The translations under genes were made by a program, and so were the position numbers. A stretch of DNA of 64,000 nucleotides, from the NCBI RefSeq assembly GCF_030013205.1, contig NZ_CP122648.1. One strand, 5' to 3'. Positions 20,920-33,870 of the stretch are shown piece after piece (within the stretch, counting starts at the first letter, position 1; the number at the start of each line of letters is the position of its first letter). The notes beneath the pieces were generated by a model. It worked only from the letters and a program-made list of their open reading frames with translations. It had not been told where the DNA came from and searched no databases. Origin of the DNA: Escherichia coli (GTDB lineage: Bacteria; Pseudomonadota; Gammaproteobacteria; Enterobacterales; Enterobacteriaceae).

Positions 20920-21815
20920 TATTTCCCCCGTTTGGCGCGTGGATGCGCCGCATCGTACACCGAGGCAAGGTGTTGAAAATCAAGATGAGTATAGATTTGC
21001 GTGGTGGAGAGGTTGGCATGACCCAGCAGCTCCTGCACACCACGAAGATCGCCGCTCGACTCCAGCATATGCGTAGCGAACGAGTGACGTAATTTATGCG
21101 GGTGAACGTGATTATTCAGCCCTTGTTTTATGCCCCATTCGGCAAAGCGTTTCTGCACATTACGCGCGGAGATACGCTTGCCCAGTTTCGACAGAAAAAG
21201 CGCGTCGTCTTCGCTACCAAACAGGTCGCGCAAATCAAGCCAGTGCTCAATCCACGCCACAGCGTTGCGACCAATCGGCAGGCGGCGCTCTTTGCTGCCT
21301 TTCCCCATCACCCACACTTCACCAGACTCCAGGTCGAGGTGTTTGATATCGAGCCCCACCAGTTCGGAAAGACGCAGACCCGCGCCGTACATCACTTCCA
21401 GCATTGCCCGATCGCGCACGGCGAGGGGATCGTTGATATCAATATCCAGCAGCCGATTCATATCGTCGACGTCGATGTTTTTCGGCAGATGACGCGGCGC
21501 TTTCGGTGCCGAAACACCTTTCGCCGGGTTAGCTTTGAGTTCGTTCTGGCTGACCAGCCAGTCAAAAAAGCTACGTAGCGCAGAAAGCCGTAACGCCAGA
21601 CTTGCAGCTCCCAGCCCTTTACGGCGACTGCGTACAGCGAAATTGCGCACCATCGTCACATCACATTGCTGCCAGCTTTGCAGGCCGTTTTCGCTGGCAA
21701 AATTGATGATCGCCTCAAGCTGACGCTGGTAGTTAAGCAGGGTTATCGGGCTTAGCTGGCGCTCCACGCTCAGATAACGTAGGTAGCGTTCTACATCGGT
21801 GTGTAAATCGGTCAT
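20919..21815 (-). CDS. xerC: tyrosine site-specific recombinase XerC (chromosome dimer resolution)
   Basis: 298 aa; tyrosine recombinase R..HxxR..Y features; conserved dapF-yigA-xerC-yigB operon. Confidence 0.93.
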
Positions 21816-22519
21816 ACGCGTTCAATCCAACGCTCCAGAAGCTCCGGCAACATCAGCGCAATTTCATGAAGTAACTGCGTTCCCTGCCCTTGTTGATAGT
21901 GACTGGCATCGCGACTGGTAAACAGCACAACACCCAAATCAGCATCGCTTCCCAGCATCGACATCGCCACCGATCCCACCGCTTTCGCTTCAGGTAGCAC
22001 CACCAGCAACTCCGGCCCGTTAAGCGGCCCAAGATAGTGCTGTTCCTGCCCCAGACGCTGAATACGCAGCGGTTCGAAAGACTGACGGCTTAATGCCAGA
22101 TGAGTGTAGTTCGACGGTGCACCTAAACGCCAGCGATCCGGGAACAGGCGCAGACTCGCACCCGCCAGGCCGAGATCGCGCGCCCAGCGGTGAAAGCGCA
22201 TCAGCATATCATCGAGACTGCTGGCGGCGGTGAGACTGCGCTGCAAGTAGAGTAAGCGATAAAACAGCCCTTCGTTGGCGATAGCCTGTTCCATCAACAA
22301 CGCCATGTTCTCTTCCAGAACATGAATATGATTACGTGCACGGGCCATGTGCCATTCGACCAACGAAACGGTGCCGCGTACCGGATGCGGCACACGTATC
22401 GCTTCAACTGCGCGCGCATTGCGGATAAAAAACTCAGGATTTTTAATCAGATAATCGACAACCGCCCGGTCATCAAGCTCCGTGAGTGTTTCCTGCAGTT
22501 CTTCCCCTGGTTGCTTCAT
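21812..22519 (-). CDS. yigA: DUF484-family protein
   Basis: 235 aa; overlaps dapF and xerC by 4 bp. Confidence 0.8.
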
Positions 22520-23340
22520 AGATGAATAAATCCGTCGTAGACATGTACCGCCGGGCCAGTCATATATAACGGGTGACCCGGACCTTTCCAGGCGATATCA
22601 AGACGACCGCCGGGGAGTTCCACGCGTACTTCTTCGGCCAGCAAACCTTGCTGGATCCCTACCGCCACCGCCGCACATGCGCCGCTGCCGCAGGCCTGGG
22701 TTTCTCCTGCCCCACGCTCATAAACGCGTAAACGAATATGCTCGCACTTAACCACTTGCATAAAACCGATATTGGCGCGCTCCGGAAAACGCTCATGGCT
22801 TTCCAGAACAGGACCAAGCGTTTCTACCGCCGCAGTATCGACATCATCGACCTGAATCACGCAGTGCGGATTTCCCATCGACACCACGCCACATAAGATT
22901 GTCTGCTCGGCGGCGCGCATAATATAGGTCTTTTCCGCTTTGTTAGCGCGAAACGGCACAGCGGAAGGTTCGAAGTTGGGCTCGCCCATGTTTACGCGAA
23001 CCAGATCATCATCGGTGACGGTCAGAACCATCCGCCCGTTGGCGGTGCTGACGCGGATATCGCGCTTATTGGTCAGCCCTTTCAGACGCACAAAACGGGC
23101 AAAGCAGCGCGCGCCGTTGCCGCACTGCGCCACTTCACTGCCATCAGCATTGAAAATGCGATAGTGAAAATCCAGTTCAGGATCATACGGCGGCTCAACC
23201 ACCAGCAGCTGGTCAAACCCTACCCCCAGGTGCCGATCCGCCAGGCGACGAATCAGCTCCGGTGAAAAAAAGACATTCTGCGTTACCGCGTCGACGACCA
23301 TAAAATCGTTGCCAAGGCCATGCATTTTCGAGAACTGCAT
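22516..23340 (-). CDS. dapF: diaminopimelate epimerase
   Basis: 274 aa from [13 protein letters not shown]; the two catalytic Cys contexts are present. Confidence 0.93.
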   Translation of the reverse strand: MQFSKMHGLGNDFMVVDAVTQNVFFSPELIRRLADRHLGVGFDQLLVVEPPYDPELDFHYRIFNADGSEVAQCGNGARCFARFVRLKGLTNKRDIRVSTANGRMVLTVTDDDLVRVNMGEPNFEPSAVPFRANKAEKTYIMRAAEQTILCGVVSMGNPHCVIQVDDVDTAAVETLGPVLESHERFPERANIGFMQVVKCEHIRLRVYERGAGETQACGSGACAAVAVGIQQGLLAEEVRVELPGGRLDIAWKGPGHPLYMTGPAVHVYDGFIHL

Positions 23341-23376
23341 CATTTACTCCAATCACGCGGGTACAGAAACTGACTT

Positions 23377-23580
23377 TTAGTAATTCACCTGGGATGGACC
23401 ATCGCCAGTGGCGCGGTCGTTTTTATCCGGCACCGTGGATTGCGTTTGCGTCTCTACCGGTTTGGTCGGCGGCGGTGCGTTTTTATCTGCAGGCGGGAAA
23501 TAGAGCGGACCTTTCAGACCGCAGCCCGTCAGGCTGAAGAGAGTAAGTAATACAGTGAGTGCCTTAAACACGTTTTTCAT
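23377..23580 (-). CDS. yifL: small lipoprotein
   Basis: 67 aa; lipobox LTGC after signal peptide. Confidence 0.8.
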   Translation of the reverse strand: MKNVFKALTVLLTLFSLTGCGLKGPLYFPPADKNAPPPTKPVETQTQSTVPDKNDRATGDGPSQVNY

Positions 23581-24045
23581 TATGGATTGCCTGTAAAGTT
23601 CATCGCTTTCTGCTTTCTATCATCGCAGGAGAAGGCGTAAAAGCAAGCGTTTAGCGACTCTTTATGAAGTCTGAAAAGTGAGGAAATGCTGCGAGTATAA
23701 CGCTTACTCGTGGCGATTTATGTTTTGCTGGTAGTTTCGTGATCGGCACCTCGCGCCAGGATGGCTTTATGCACTATCGCAATGTGGTTTGTTTGTTGGC
23801 TTGTTCGTTGTTTTTATCGTCGGCATGGGGATGTCGGCTTGATGAGCGGAACATAATATTTACCAGAAACAGGGAAAAGGCGTGGTGTATTTGCGCCCTT
23901 ATGAAAAGACCAATCTTTCGCTATATAGAGACATTATTATTCCGTTGACGGATGAATCATGCCAGAACGCAGCAGACGAGCAAACTTTGAAGCCCTGACC
24001 CCATGCCGCTATACTGCCGCCATCACTTAAAAACAGGATACAACA

Positions 24046-24366
24046 ATGAACGACAGTGAATTTCATCGCCTGGCTGATCAACTGTGGCTGACCATTGAAG
24101 AGCGTCTGGACGACTGGGATGGCGACAGCGATATCGACTGTGAAATCAACGGCGGTGTACTAACCATTACCTTTGAGAACGGCAGCAAAATCATTATCAA
24201 CCGCCAGGAACCGCTGCACCAGGTATGGCTGGCAACCAAACAGGGCGGCTACCATTTTGATCTGAAAGGCGATGAGTGGATTTGCGATCGTAGCGGCGAA
24301 ACCTTCTGGGATTTGCTGGAACAGGCGGCAACGCAGCAAGCGGGTGAAACAGTCAGTTTCCGCTAA
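24046..24366 (+). CDS. cyaY: frataxin homolog CyaY
   Basis: 106 aa, acidic; convergent with cyaA. Confidence 0.9.
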
Positions 24367-24405
24367 GATTGCATGCCGGATAAGCCTCGCTTTCCGGCAC
24401 GCTCA

Positions 24406-26952
24406 TCACGAAAAATACTGCTGTAATAGCGGCGTGTCGTGATCCTGATTGGCAGGCGGCATGTTGCCAATCGATTTGGTGCGGAACGGAATCACCTGTT
24501 CACGACCATCAACCTTCACAATCTGATAGAACTGCGGCAGGTTGAAGTTGATGAAGCTTGAGCCGTAGGTAAAACGGTCGTGCGATGACGAGTAGAAGCG
24601 ACTGACGTCACGCACCAGCTCCTCTTTGCTGCCTTCGCAGTGGTGATACACCTCAACCCGGTTGCTTTCGTCGAGAATGTAGATATTAAAGCCATTTTCG
24701 TCTTGCGTTTCTTCGAAGAAGAACTGGATGATCCCTTCGCTGGCAAAGCCGTCCACCACCGCCGGTAATTTGACGTGATTGGTTTCAACCTGCACTGACA
24801 GGCCGTGCAGTTTGTTATGCGAAATAGCGCCATAAAACTCGATGGCATTTTCTAGTTTCTGTACCGATACATTCAGGCGCTCGAAGAATAAGCCCCAGGT
24901 TTGACCAGAAACGCGCAGCGCCTTGAAGCGCCCGGTTTCCTGGCGGGTGCTGGAAAGACGCAGTTCAATGCACTCAGAAACCAGTTGCTGCACGCGAGTA
25001 CGGATTAATCCGCGCAGATGCTGGCTGTAGCAGAAGACTTCCACGCTATCTGGCGGTGCGGCGTCCTGATGCATTTTGCCGAGAATAGTTTTCAGGGCTT
25101 CGATCATCGACTGCTCGCCGTTGAAGTGCAGCGTACGCACTTCGTTCCACGAGTTGCGATACAGCAGGTCCACGCTACCTACCAGGCAATTTTGATTCTC
25201 GCCAAAGCTGAAGACATCCAGCTTACGGAAATCGAAATGCACCACCTGATTGCGGAACGCAGCTGTCGGGTCATATTCCAGGTTAACGATAATCGCCAGA
25301 TGGCGAATTTCACACGGGCTGTAGAGCGCTTTTGGCGTCGGTGCAGGCAGGCGCAGCGGGAAATGGTGTGACACATCGGCGACCATCTCCTGCAACTTAG
25401 GCAAATCGACAATGCCGTTGCCTTTAATATACAAGCGGGTACGCGAGGTCAGCAGGCCGTTAAACCATGCCCACGCCACCAGTTTATTCAGGTAACGGTT
25501 ATATTCCAGCGGCTGATGGCTGATGATCGACTCAATATTTGGCGCGCGGTTATACAGATACCAACCTGAACGGTTAGCCCGGCCCGGCGGCACATAAATA
25601 AAGGTCAGATTCGGTTCCGAGAGATCGGGCGAAATCTGCGGGTTTACCAGCGTCACTTTACCTGGCAATGCTTCAAACGCGGCGTACAGTTTACGCGTCA
25701 GCACGCCGATATCCTGCGGACTGGCGGAGACGCTCAGGTTATTGCGACGCGCAAAGCGGATCAGATTACGGTAGCTCTGCATCATTGCATCGAGCAGCTC
25801 GTTGTGCGCCTCACGCACCTGATCAATCTTCCAGTTAGCGCGGTTATCGAGCATTGCCAGACGAGCATCGTCCCATTCCCACTCTTTCACTAACTGGGTT
25901 AGCACTTCACGACGCCAGCCTACGCAGGCGCGTTCACGGCTGAGCTTTTCGCACACTTTTAAATAGAAGCAGCGACGCACTAAATCCAGACGGGTGAAAT
26001 CTTCAATCGCCGTCAGGTATTCAGTAACACGCTCCAGCATCATGCAGTACGGGTCGAGGCCAAACGATACAATCTCGCCGTCGTGCAAACGCTGTTTGAT
26101 ATCTTTCGCCAGCAGACGTGGGTTCGGGTATTCCCAGGAATAGGCTTCCAGCAGCAGTGTTTTCAGCACCGCTTTGTATGGGGAATCAATACTCTTGTAG
26201 AGCTGCCAAAGGCTGGCACCAAAGTACTCTTCAGCAGAAAGTGAGCTTAAACCACCGAGATCCAGCCATTCATTTGGCGTCAGCACGCCCTGCGCGTAAA
26301 GCGTCATCACATAGTCGTCGTAATGCTCTTCTTCGTCGCACGGCACCATATTCCACAGAATACGCTTACCAGCGAGACGCACGGCGGTACGGTAAAATTC
26401 GTCAAGCAGCAGTATATGCTGGGTGGAGCCACAATCTTCGCCCCCCAGGCTGCCGCTTTCATTATGACGGAAGCGATTTTCATCAATCAGGAAGAAGCTA
26501 ACTTCCACGCCCAGCGAGGCGGCCCAGCTTTCCAGCAGGCTGCATTTACGTTGTAGTAACTGGCGCTCTTCGCTATCAAGCCAGGATTGATGACAGACCC
26601 AGATATCCAGGTCAGAGGAACAACTTTGCCCTACGGACGAGGTGCTGCCCATGGTGTATACACCAGTAATTGGAAGCTCACCTTTCGGCGGATCCTGTAC
26701 TGACATTCCACGATACAGTTCAAGCTCGTTCAGGTAGTGGCGTTGAGTTTCATCAGGCGTGTAAAGGCAAATGCCTTTGGGAACGTTACCATCAAGGTAA
26801 CCCGGCATTAGCGGATGGTGATAGTGCAACAATGTCGGCAGTAGACTGTAGACCTGTTGGAATGCAGGCCCCATAGCAGCAAGCGCGCGATCCACACGCA
26901 ATTGATTTATGGCATCCAGTCTCTGTTTCAGAGTCTCAATATAGAGGTACAA
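24406..26952 (-). CDS. cyaA: adenylate cyclase (class I)
   Basis: 848 aa; start codon is TTG (caa on + strand at 26950-26952), as I recall for E. coli cyaA. Confidence 0.95.
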   Translation of the reverse strand: MYLYIETLKQRLDAINQLRVDRALAAMGPAFQQVYSLLPTLLHYHHPLMPGYLDGNVPKGICLYTPDETQRHYLNELELYRGMSVQDPPKGELPITGVYTMGSTSSVGQSCSSDLDIWVCHQSWLDSEERQLLQRKCSLLESWAASLGVEVSFFLIDENRFRHNESGSLGGEDCGSTQHILLLDEFYRTAVRLAGKRILWNMVPCDEEEHYDDYVMTLYAQGVLTPNEWLDLGGLSSLSAEEYFGASLWQLYKSIDSPYKAVLKTLLLEAYSWEYPNPRLLAKDIKQRLHDGEIVSFGLDPYCMMLERVTEYLTAIEDFTRLDLVRRCFYLKVCEKLSRERACVGWRREVLTQLVKEWEWDDARLAMLDNRANWKIDQVREAHNELLDAMMQSYRNLIRFARRNNLSVSASPQDIGVLTRKLYAAFEALPGKVTLVNPQISPDLSEPNLTFIYVPPGRANRSGWYLYNRAPNIESIISHQPLEYNRYLNKLVAWAWFNGLLTSRTRLYIKGNGIVDLPKLQEMVADVSHHFPLRLPAPTPKALYSPCEIRHLAIIVNLEYDPTAAFRNQVVHFDFRKLDVFSFGENQNCLVGSVDLLYRNSWNEVRTLHFNGEQSMIEALKTILGKMHQDAAPPDSVEVFCYSQHLRGLIRTRVQQLVSECIELRLSSTRQETGRFKALRVSGQTWGLFFERLNVSVQKLENAIEFYGAISHNKLHGLSVQVETNHVKLPAVVDGFASEGIIQFFFEETQDENGFNIYILDESNRVEVYHHCEGSKEELVRDVSRFYSSSHDRFTYGSSFINFNLPQFYQIVKVDGREQVIPFRTKSIGNMPPANQDHDTPLLQQYFS

Positions 26953-27338
26953 GACGTATCGCCTGATTTGCTACCCGTCATGACTGTGATTCCGCCAACA
27001 TCAACGGTAACACGCGGCATTCGGGATATTTCGTATGTCAAAGGTAACCGTTACCACTTTTCGCGCCTGGTTTTTTTAGTTTCACGACGAAAAAATGGTC
27101 TAAAACGTGATCAATTTAACACCTTGCTGATTGACCGTAAAGAAAGATGCGCTACATACAAGTGTAGCACCGTTTATTCTCTGTAAATTCCTTATTACGA
27201 CGGCGTGAAACTCCTGTCAGGATCCACTGCCAGACCTCATTTTACGGTTTGCGCAGGCGTCTACGTTTCACCACAACACTGACATCGCTCTGGCAAGGAT
27301 GTTAGGATGGACCACGGATGATAATGACGGTAACAAGC

Positions 27339-28280
27339 ATGTTAGACAATGTTTTAAGAATTGCCACACGCCAAAGCCCACTTGCACTCTGGCAGGCACA
27401 CTATGTCAAAGACAAGTTGATGGCGAGCCATCCGGGCCTGGTCGTTGAACTGGTACCGATGGTGACGCGCGGCGATGTGATTCTTGATACGCCGCTGGCG
27501 AAAGTAGGCGGAAAAGGCTTATTTGTAAAAGAGCTGGAAGTCGCGCTCCTCGAAAATCGCGCCGATATCGCCGTACATTCAATGAAAGATGTGCCGGTTG
27601 AATTCCCGCAAGGTCTGGGACTGGTCACTATTTGTGAGCGTGAAGATCCTCGCGATGCCTTTGTGTCCAATAACTATGACAGTCTGGATGCGTTACCGGC
27701 AGGCAGTATCGTCGGGACGTCCAGTTTACGTCGCCAGTGCCAACTGGCTGAACGCCGCCCGGATCTGATTATCCGCTCCCTGCGCGGCAACGTCGGCACT
27801 CGCCTGAGCAAACTGGATAACGGCGAATACGATGCCATCATTCTTGCCGTAGCCGGACTAAAACGTTTAGGTCTGGAGTCACGCATTCGCGCCGCGTTGC
27901 CACCCGAGATTTCTCTTCCGGCGGTAGGACAAGGTGCGGTGGGCATTGAATGCCGCCTTGATGATACACGCACTCGCGAGCTGCTTGCCGCGCTGAATCA
28001 CCACGAAACTGCACTGCGCGTTACCGCAGAACGCGCCATGAATACCCGTCTCGAAGGCGGATGTCAGGTACCAATTGGTAGCTACGCCGAGCTTATTGAT
28101 GGCGAAATCTGGCTGCGTGCGCTGGTCGGCGCGCCGGACGGTTCGCAGATTATTCGCGGTGAACGCCGCGGTGCGCCGCAAGATGCCGAACAAATGGGGA
28201 TTTCGCTGGCAGAAGAGCTACTGAATAACGGCGCGCGCGAGATCCTTGCTGAAGTCTATAACGGAGACGCCCCGGCATGA
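27339..28280 (+). CDS. hemC: porphobilinogen deaminase
   Basis: ORF track starts at 27318; trimmed to [20 protein letters not shown] (313 aa). Confidence 0.93.
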
Positions 28281-29017
28281 GTATCTTGGTCACCCGCCCG
28301 TCTCCCGCTGGAGAAGAGTTAGTGAGCCGTCTGCGCACACTGGGGCAGGTGGCCTGGCATTTTCCGCTGATTGAGTTTTCTCCGGGTCGACAATTACCGC
28401 AACTTGCTGATCAACTTGCAGCGCTGGGGGAGAGGGATCTGTTGTTTGCCCTCTCGCAACACGCGGTTGCTTTTGCCCAATCACAGCTGCATCAGCAAGA
28501 TCGTAAATGGCCCCGACTACCTGATTATTTCGCCATTGGACGCACCACCGCACTGGCGCTACATACCGTAAGCGGACAGAAGATTCTCTACCCGCAGGAT
28601 CGGGAAATCAGCGAAGTCTTGCTACAATTACCTGAATTACAAAATATTGCGGGCAAACGTGCGCTGATATTACGTGGCAATGGCGGTCGTGAGCTAATTG
28701 GGGATACCCTGACGGCGCGCGGTGCTGAGGTCACTTTTTGTGAATGTTATCAACGATGCGCAATCCATTACGATGGTGCAGAAGAAGCGATGCGCTGGCA
28801 ATCCCGCGAGGTGACGACGGTCGTTGTTACCAGCGGTGAAATGTTGCAGCAACTCTGGTCGCTGATCCCACAATGGTATCGTGAGCACTGGTTACTACAC
28901 TGTCGACTATTGGTCGTCAGTGAGCGTTTGGCGAAACTCGCCCGGGAACTGGGCTGGCAAGACATTAAGGTCGCCGATAACGCTGACAACGATGCGCTTT
29001 TACGGGCATTACAATAA
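28277..29017 (+). CDS. hemD: uroporphyrinogen-III synthase
   Basis: 246 aa; overlaps hemC stop by 4 bp. Confidence 0.9.
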
Positions 29018-29038
29018 CTCTCATAACAGGAAGCCATA

Positions 29039-30232
29039 ATGACGGAACAAGAAAAAACCTCCGCCGTGGTTGAAGAGACCAGGGAGGCCGTGGACACCAC
29101 GTCACAACCTGTCGCAACAGAAAAAAAGAGTAAGAACAATACCGCATTGATTCTCAGCGCGGTGGCTATTGCTATTGCTCTGGCGGCGGGCGTCGGTTTG
29201 TATGGCTGGGGTAAACAACAGGCCGTCAATCAGACTGCCACCAGCGATGCCCTGGCTAATCAACTGACGGCACTGCAAAAAGCCCAGGAGAGCCAAAAAG
29301 CTGAGCTGGAAGGCATTATCAAGCAACAAGCTGTACAGCTTGAGCAGGCGAATCGTCAGCAAGAAACGCTGGCAAAACAGTTGGATGAAGTCCAACAAAA
29401 GGTCGCCACCATTTCCGGCAGCGATGCTAAAACCTGGCTGCTGGCTCAGGCCGATTTTCTGGTGAAACTCGCAGGACGGAAGCTGTGGAGCGATCAAGAC
29501 GTCACGACCGCTGCAGCGTTGCTGAAAAGTGCAGATGCCAGCCTGGCGGATATGAATGACCCGAGTCTGATTACCGTTCGTCGGGCAATTACCGATGATA
29601 TCGCCAGCCTTTCTGCGGTATCGCAGGTGGATTATGACGGCATCATCCTTAAGCTTAATCAGCTTTCAAATCAGGTAGATAACCTGCGTCTGGCCGATAA
29701 TGACAGCGATGGTTCGCCGATGGATTCCGACGGTGAAGAGCTTTCCAGTTCCATCAGCGAATGGCGTATCAATCTACAAAAAAGCTGGCAGAACTTTATG
29801 GACAACTTCATTACGATTCGCCGTCGTGATGACACCGCCGTACCGCTGTTAGCGCCAAATCAGGATATCTATCTGCGCGAAAATATTCGCTCTCGCCTGC
29901 TGGTCGCGGCACAAGCCGTACCGCGTCATCAGGAAGAGACTTATCGCCAGGCGCTGGAGAACGTCTCCACTTGGGTACGTGCTTACTACGATACTGATGA
30001 TGCCACCACCAAAGCGTTCCTCGACGAGGTGGACCAGTTAAGCCAGCAAAATATCTCGATGGATCTCCCGGAAACCCTGCAAAGCCAGGCGATGCTGGAA
30101 AAACTGATGCAGACTCGCGTGCGTAACCTGTTGGCACAACCGGCAGCGGGGACAACGGAAGCTAAACCTGCACCTGCACCTGCACCTGCACCGCAAGCTG
30201 ATACTCCGGCAGCCGCGCCGCAAGGAGAATAA
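29039..30232 (+). CDS. hemX: HemX, membrane-anchored coiled-coil protein
   Basis: 397 aa; N-terminal TM, Gln/Ala-rich coiled coil, C-terminal [10 protein letters not shown]. Confidence 0.88.
   Translation: MTEQEKTSAVVEETREAVDTTSQPVATEKKSKNNTALILSAVAIAIALAAGVGLYGWGKQQAVNQTATSDALANQLTALQKAQESQKAELEGIIKQQAVQLEQANRQQETLAKQLDEVQQKVATISGSDAKTWLLAQADFLVKLAGRKLWSDQDVTTAAALLKSADASLADMNDPSLITVRRAITDDIASLSAVSQVDYDGIILKLNQLSNQVDNLRLADNDSDGSPMDSDGEELSSSISEWRINLQKSWQNFMDNFITIRRRDDTAVPLLAPNQDIYLRENIRSRLLVAAQAVPRHQEETYRQALENVSTWVRAYYDTDDATTKAFLDEVDQLSQQNISMDLPETLQSQAMLEKLMQTRVRNLLAQPAAGTTEAKPAPAPAPAPQADTPAAAPQGE
30167..30192 (+). repeat. hexanucleotide tandem repeat (cctgca x4 plus partial) encoding (PA)n at the hemX C-terminus
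   Basis: Four perfect copies read directly. Confidence 0.85.
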
Positions 30233-30234
30233 CC

Positions 30235-31431
30235 ATGCTAAAAGTGTTATTGCTCTTTGTTTTGCTGATTGCGGGGATAGTGGTTGGCCCGATGATTGCC
30301 GGTCATCAGGGTTACGTATTGATTCAGACCGACAACTACAATATTGAAACCAGCGTCACTGGCCTGGCGATTATTTTGATTCTGGCGATGGTAGTGCTGT
30401 TTGCCATTGAGTGGCTACTGCGGCGGATCTTCCGCACAGGCGCACACACCCGTGGGTGGTTTGTCGGACGTAAGCGTCGCCGTGCCCGTAAGCAGACCGA
30501 ACAGGCGCTGCTGAAACTAGCGGAAGGCGATTATCAGCAAGTTGAAAAGCTGATGGCGAAAAATGCCGATCACGCTGAACAACCGGTGGTGAACTATCTA
30601 CTGGCTGCCGAAGCCGCGCAACAACGTGGTGATGAAGCACGCGCCAACCAACATCTGGAACGCGCAGCGGAGCTGGCCGGCAATGACACCATTCCGGTAG
30701 AAATCACCCGTGTACGTCTGCAACTGGCCCGTAATGAAAACCATGCTGCACGCCACGGCGTGGATAAGCTGCTGGAAGTTACGCCACGCCATCCGGAAGT
30801 ATTACGTCTGGCGGAACAGGCGTATATCCGCACAGGTGCATGGAGTTCGCTGCTGGATATCATCCCATCAATGGCGAAAGCCCATGTTGGTGATGAAGAA
30901 CATCGTGCAATGCTGGAACAACAGGCATGGATTGGCCTGATGGATCAGGCGCGTGCCGATAACGGTAGCGAAGGTTTGCGTAACTGGTGGAAAAACCAAA
31001 GCCGGAAAACGCGTCATCAGGTGGCGTTGCAGGTGGCAATGGCGGAACATCTTATTGAATGTGACGATCATGATACTGCCCAGCAAATTATCATCGACGG
31101 CCTGAAACGCCAGTATGACGATCGCCTACTGCTGCCGATCCCGCGTCTGAAAACCAATAACCCGGAACAGCTTGAAAAAGTGCTGCGCCAGCAAATCAAA
31201 AACGTCGGCGATCGCCCGCTGTTGTGGAGCACACTGGGTCAGTCGCTGATGAAGCACGGAGAATGGCAGGAAGCATCGCTCGCCTTCCGCGCAGCGCTGA
31301 AACAACGTCCGGACGCCTACGATTACGCATGGCTTGCCGACGCGCTGGACAGACTGCACAAACCAGAAGAAGCTGCAGCGATGCGCCGCGACGGTTTGAT
31401 GTTAACGTTGCAGAACAACCCGCCACAGTAG
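30235..31431 (+). CDS. hemY: HemY, TPR-containing inner membrane protein
   Basis: 398 aa; two N-terminal TM segments. Confidence 0.88.
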   Translation: MLKVLLLFVLLIAGIVVGPMIAGHQGYVLIQTDNYNIETSVTGLAIILILAMVVLFAIEWLLRRIFRTGAHTRGWFVGRKRRRARKQTEQALLKLAEGDYQQVEKLMAKNADHAEQPVVNYLLAAEAAQQRGDEARANQHLERAAELAGNDTIPVEITRVRLQLARNENHAARHGVDKLLEVTPRHPEVLRLAEQAYIRTGAWSSLLDIIPSMAKAHVGDEEHRAMLEQQAWIGLMDQARADNGSEGLRNWWKNQSRKTRHQVALQVAMAEHLIECDDHDTAQQIIIDGLKRQYDDRLLLPIPRLKTNNPEQLEKVLRQQIKNVGDRPLLWSTLGQSLMKHGEWQEASLAFRAALKQRPDAYDYAWLADALDRLHKPEEAAAMRRDGLMLTLQNNPPQ

Positions 31432-31440
31432 TTCTTTCTC

Positions 31441-31466
31441 ACCCGGAGGCAAGCTCCTCCGGGACC
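31441..31466. terminator. hairpin cccggagg-N6-cctccggg downstream of hemY, facing glmZ 3' end
   Basis: 8-bp GC-rich stem read directly; weak T tract. Confidence 0.4.
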
Positions 31467-31478
31467 TTTCTGATACAT

Positions 31479-31685
31479 AAAAAAACGCCTGCTCTTATTA
31501 CGGAGCAGGCGTTAAAACAGGTCTGTATGACAACAAGTGGGTGCTTCACTCAACGTTGTGTCCATGGTGTCTGATGAGGCATAAGCGACATCTGTCAGTG
31601 GACGATAAGCACCGTAAACGGCTCTGCGTCATTCCGGAGTTTATGAGGCTCTAAGGCGAACATAAGAGATGGAATGAGCATCTAC
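31479..31685 (-). ncRNA. glmZ: GlmZ small RNA (regulator of glmS)
   Basis: Reverse complement begins GTAGATGCTCATTCCATCTCTTATGTTCGCC and ends in a hairpin GCCTGCTCCGTAATAAGAGCAGGCG plus U tract, matching GlmZ as I recall it; lies between hemY and aslA as in E. coli. Confidence 0.8.
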
Positions 31686-32109
31686 TCGTTTATTATGCCA
31701 CAGAGAACCGGGAAATAACATCCCTTAACACTTGTTATGAGATAATTCTGTAATCCTCTTTGCTTCCTGAGTAATAACTTCCTGAGTGAATATTTCTCCT
31801 GCGCACGATTCTACACATATATATAATGAATAATAAAAGTCATTCAATTAATAACATATATATTAATTGCCGTTAAAACTAAAAACAGCATCAATAATCA
31901 ACGCGATATAACATCACCGCCTTACATATCACCTGCGCCAGAGGTAGGATTGAAAACGCTCTCCTGATTTTCCAATTCATTATCTGGATAAATAAATAAT
32001 TTATTTTCATCACTATTATTTATGCAATCATCCTGTCAGGGAGAGGGATCTCAATTATCAATGCTTAATTACGTCAACATTTTGACGACATGAAACCGGA
32101 GCATTTTGC

Positions 32110-33765
32110 ATGGAATTTTCGTTTTCACCCAAACTTCTTGTTGTGGCTGTCGCCGCCGCTCTTCCACTCATGGCCAACGCAGCAGATACCCCGTCAACCG
32201 CCACCGCACGCAAAGGCTTTGCCGGATACGATCACCCAAACCAGTATCTGGTTAAACCGGCGACCACTATTGCCGACAACATGATGCCTGTGATGCAGCA
32301 TCCTGCACAAGACAAAGAAACCCAGCAGAAGCTGGCAGAACTTGAGAAAAAAACCGGTAAGAAACCGAACGTGGTTGTTTTCTTGCTGGATGATGTGGGC
32401 TGGATGGATGTTGGCTTTAACGGCGGCGGCGTGGCGGTGGGTAACCCTACACCAGATATCGACGCCGTTGCCAGCCAGGGGCTGATTTTAACTTCGGCGT
32501 ATTCTCAACCGAGTTCTTCCCCAACCCGCGCCACGATTCTTACCGGACAATACTCCATCCACCACGGCATTCTGATGCCGCCAATGTACGGGCAACCGGG
32601 CGGTCTGCAAGGGTTAACCACTCTGCCGCAGTTGCTGCACGATCAGGGCTACGTCACTCAGGCCATCGGGAAATGGCATATGGGGGAAAACAAAGAGTCG
32701 CAGCCGCAGAACGTTGGCTTTGATGATTTCCGCGGCTTTAACTCGGTATCCGATATGTATACCGAATGGCGTGATGTTCACGTCAACCCGGAAGTCGCCC
32801 TGAGCCCGGATCGTTCTGAATACATCCAAAAACTGCCGTTCAGCAAAGATGACGTTCATGCCGTGCGCGGCGGTGAACAGGAAGCCATTGCCGACATTAC
32901 GCCGAAATATATGGAAGACCTGGATCAACGCTGGATGGAATATGGCGTTAAGTTCCTCGACAAGATGGCGAAGAGCGATAAGCCTTTCTTCCTCTACTAC
33001 GGCACTCGCGGCTGTCACTTCGATAACTACCCAAATGCGAAATATGCGGGTAGCTCTCCGGCGCGCACCTCTTACGGCGACTGCATGGTGGAGATGAACG
33101 ATATCTTCGCCAATCTGTATAAAGCACTGGAGAAAAACGGTCAGCTTGATAACACGCTGATTGTGTTCACCTCTGATAACGGTCCGGAAGCCGAAGTTCC
33201 GCCGCACGGTCGCACACCGTTCCGCGGTGCGAAAGGTTCTACATGGGAAGGCGGCGTTCGTGTGCCAACCTTCGTTTACTGGAAAGGCATGATCCAACCG
33301 CGTAAATCTGACGGTATTGTCGATCTGGCGGATCTCTTCCCAACCGCGCTGGATCTGGCGGGGCATCCTGGAGCGAAAGTGGCGAATTTAGTGCCGAAAA
33401 CCACCTTTATCGATGGTGTGGACCAGACATCTTTCTTCCTGGGAACAAATGGTCAGTCTAACCGTAAGGCCGAGCACTACTTCCTCAACGGTAAACTCGC
33501 TGCTGTGCGTATGGATGAGTTCAAGTATCACGTCCTGATTCAGCAACCTTACGCGTATACCCAGAGCGGGTATCAGGGTGGATTCACCGGCACAGTAATG
33601 CAAACGGCGGGATCGTCGGTGTTTAACCTGTACACCGATCCGCAGGAAAGCGACTCTATCGGCGTGCGCCATATCCCAATGGGTGTACCGCTACAGACCG
33701 AAATGCATGCGTATATGGAGATCCTGAAAAAATATCCACCACGCGCGCAGATTAAATCTGATTAA
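32110..33765 (+). CDS. aslA: arylsulfatase-family protein with signal peptide
   Basis: 551 aa; sulfatase motif with active-site Ser ([11 protein letters not shown]) rather than Cys. Confidence 0.9.
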   Translation: MEFSFSPKLLVVAVAAALPLMANAADTPSTATARKGFAGYDHPNQYLVKPATTIADNMMPVMQHPAQDKETQQKLAELEKKTGKKPNVVVFLLDDVGWMDVGFNGGGVAVGNPTPDIDAVASQGLILTSAYSQPSSSPTRATILTGQYSIHHGILMPPMYGQPGGLQGLTTLPQLLHDQGYVTQAIGKWHMGENKESQPQNVGFDDFRGFNSVSDMYTEWRDVHVNPEVALSPDRSEYIQKLPFSKDDVHAVRGGEQEAIADITPKYMEDLDQRWMEYGVKFLDKMAKSDKPFFLYYGTRGCHFDNYPNAKYAGSSPARTSYGDCMVEMNDIFANLYKALEKNGQLDNTLIVFTSDNGPEAEVPPHGRTPFRGAKGSTWEGGVRVPTFVYWKGMIQPRKSDGIVDLADLFPTALDLAGHPGAKVANLVPKTTFIDGVDQTSFFLGTNGQSNRKAEHYFLNGKLAAVRMDEFKYHVLIQQPYAYTQSGYQGGFTGTVMQTAGSSVFNLYTDPQESDSIGVRHIPMGVPLQTEMHAYMEILKKYPPRAQIKSD

Positions 33766-33800
33766 GCCGGCGCTATCGCTACATCGGGCCACACTGACCT

Positions 33801-33832
33801 TGCCGGATGCGGCGTGAACGCCTTATCCGGCA
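33801..33832. repeat. REP element between aslA and aslB
   Basis: tgccggatgcggcgtgaacgccttatccggca is a canonical REP. Confidence 0.7.
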
Positions 33833-33845
33833 ATCAACCGCAGGC

Positions 33846-33870
33846 GGCCACAAAATGGCCGCTTTTTTTA
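33846..33870 (+). terminator. rho-independent terminator after aslA (gcggccacaaaatggccgc + T7)
   Basis: Hairpin followed by T run read directly. Confidence 0.6.

Noticed and set aside
20919-21815. Tyrosine recombinase that could suggest an integrase or mobile element
   Set aside because: It is xerC in its conserved dapF-yigA-xerC-yigB operon, a core chromosome-dimer-resolution gene; no att sites, phage genes or unusual base composition nearby.
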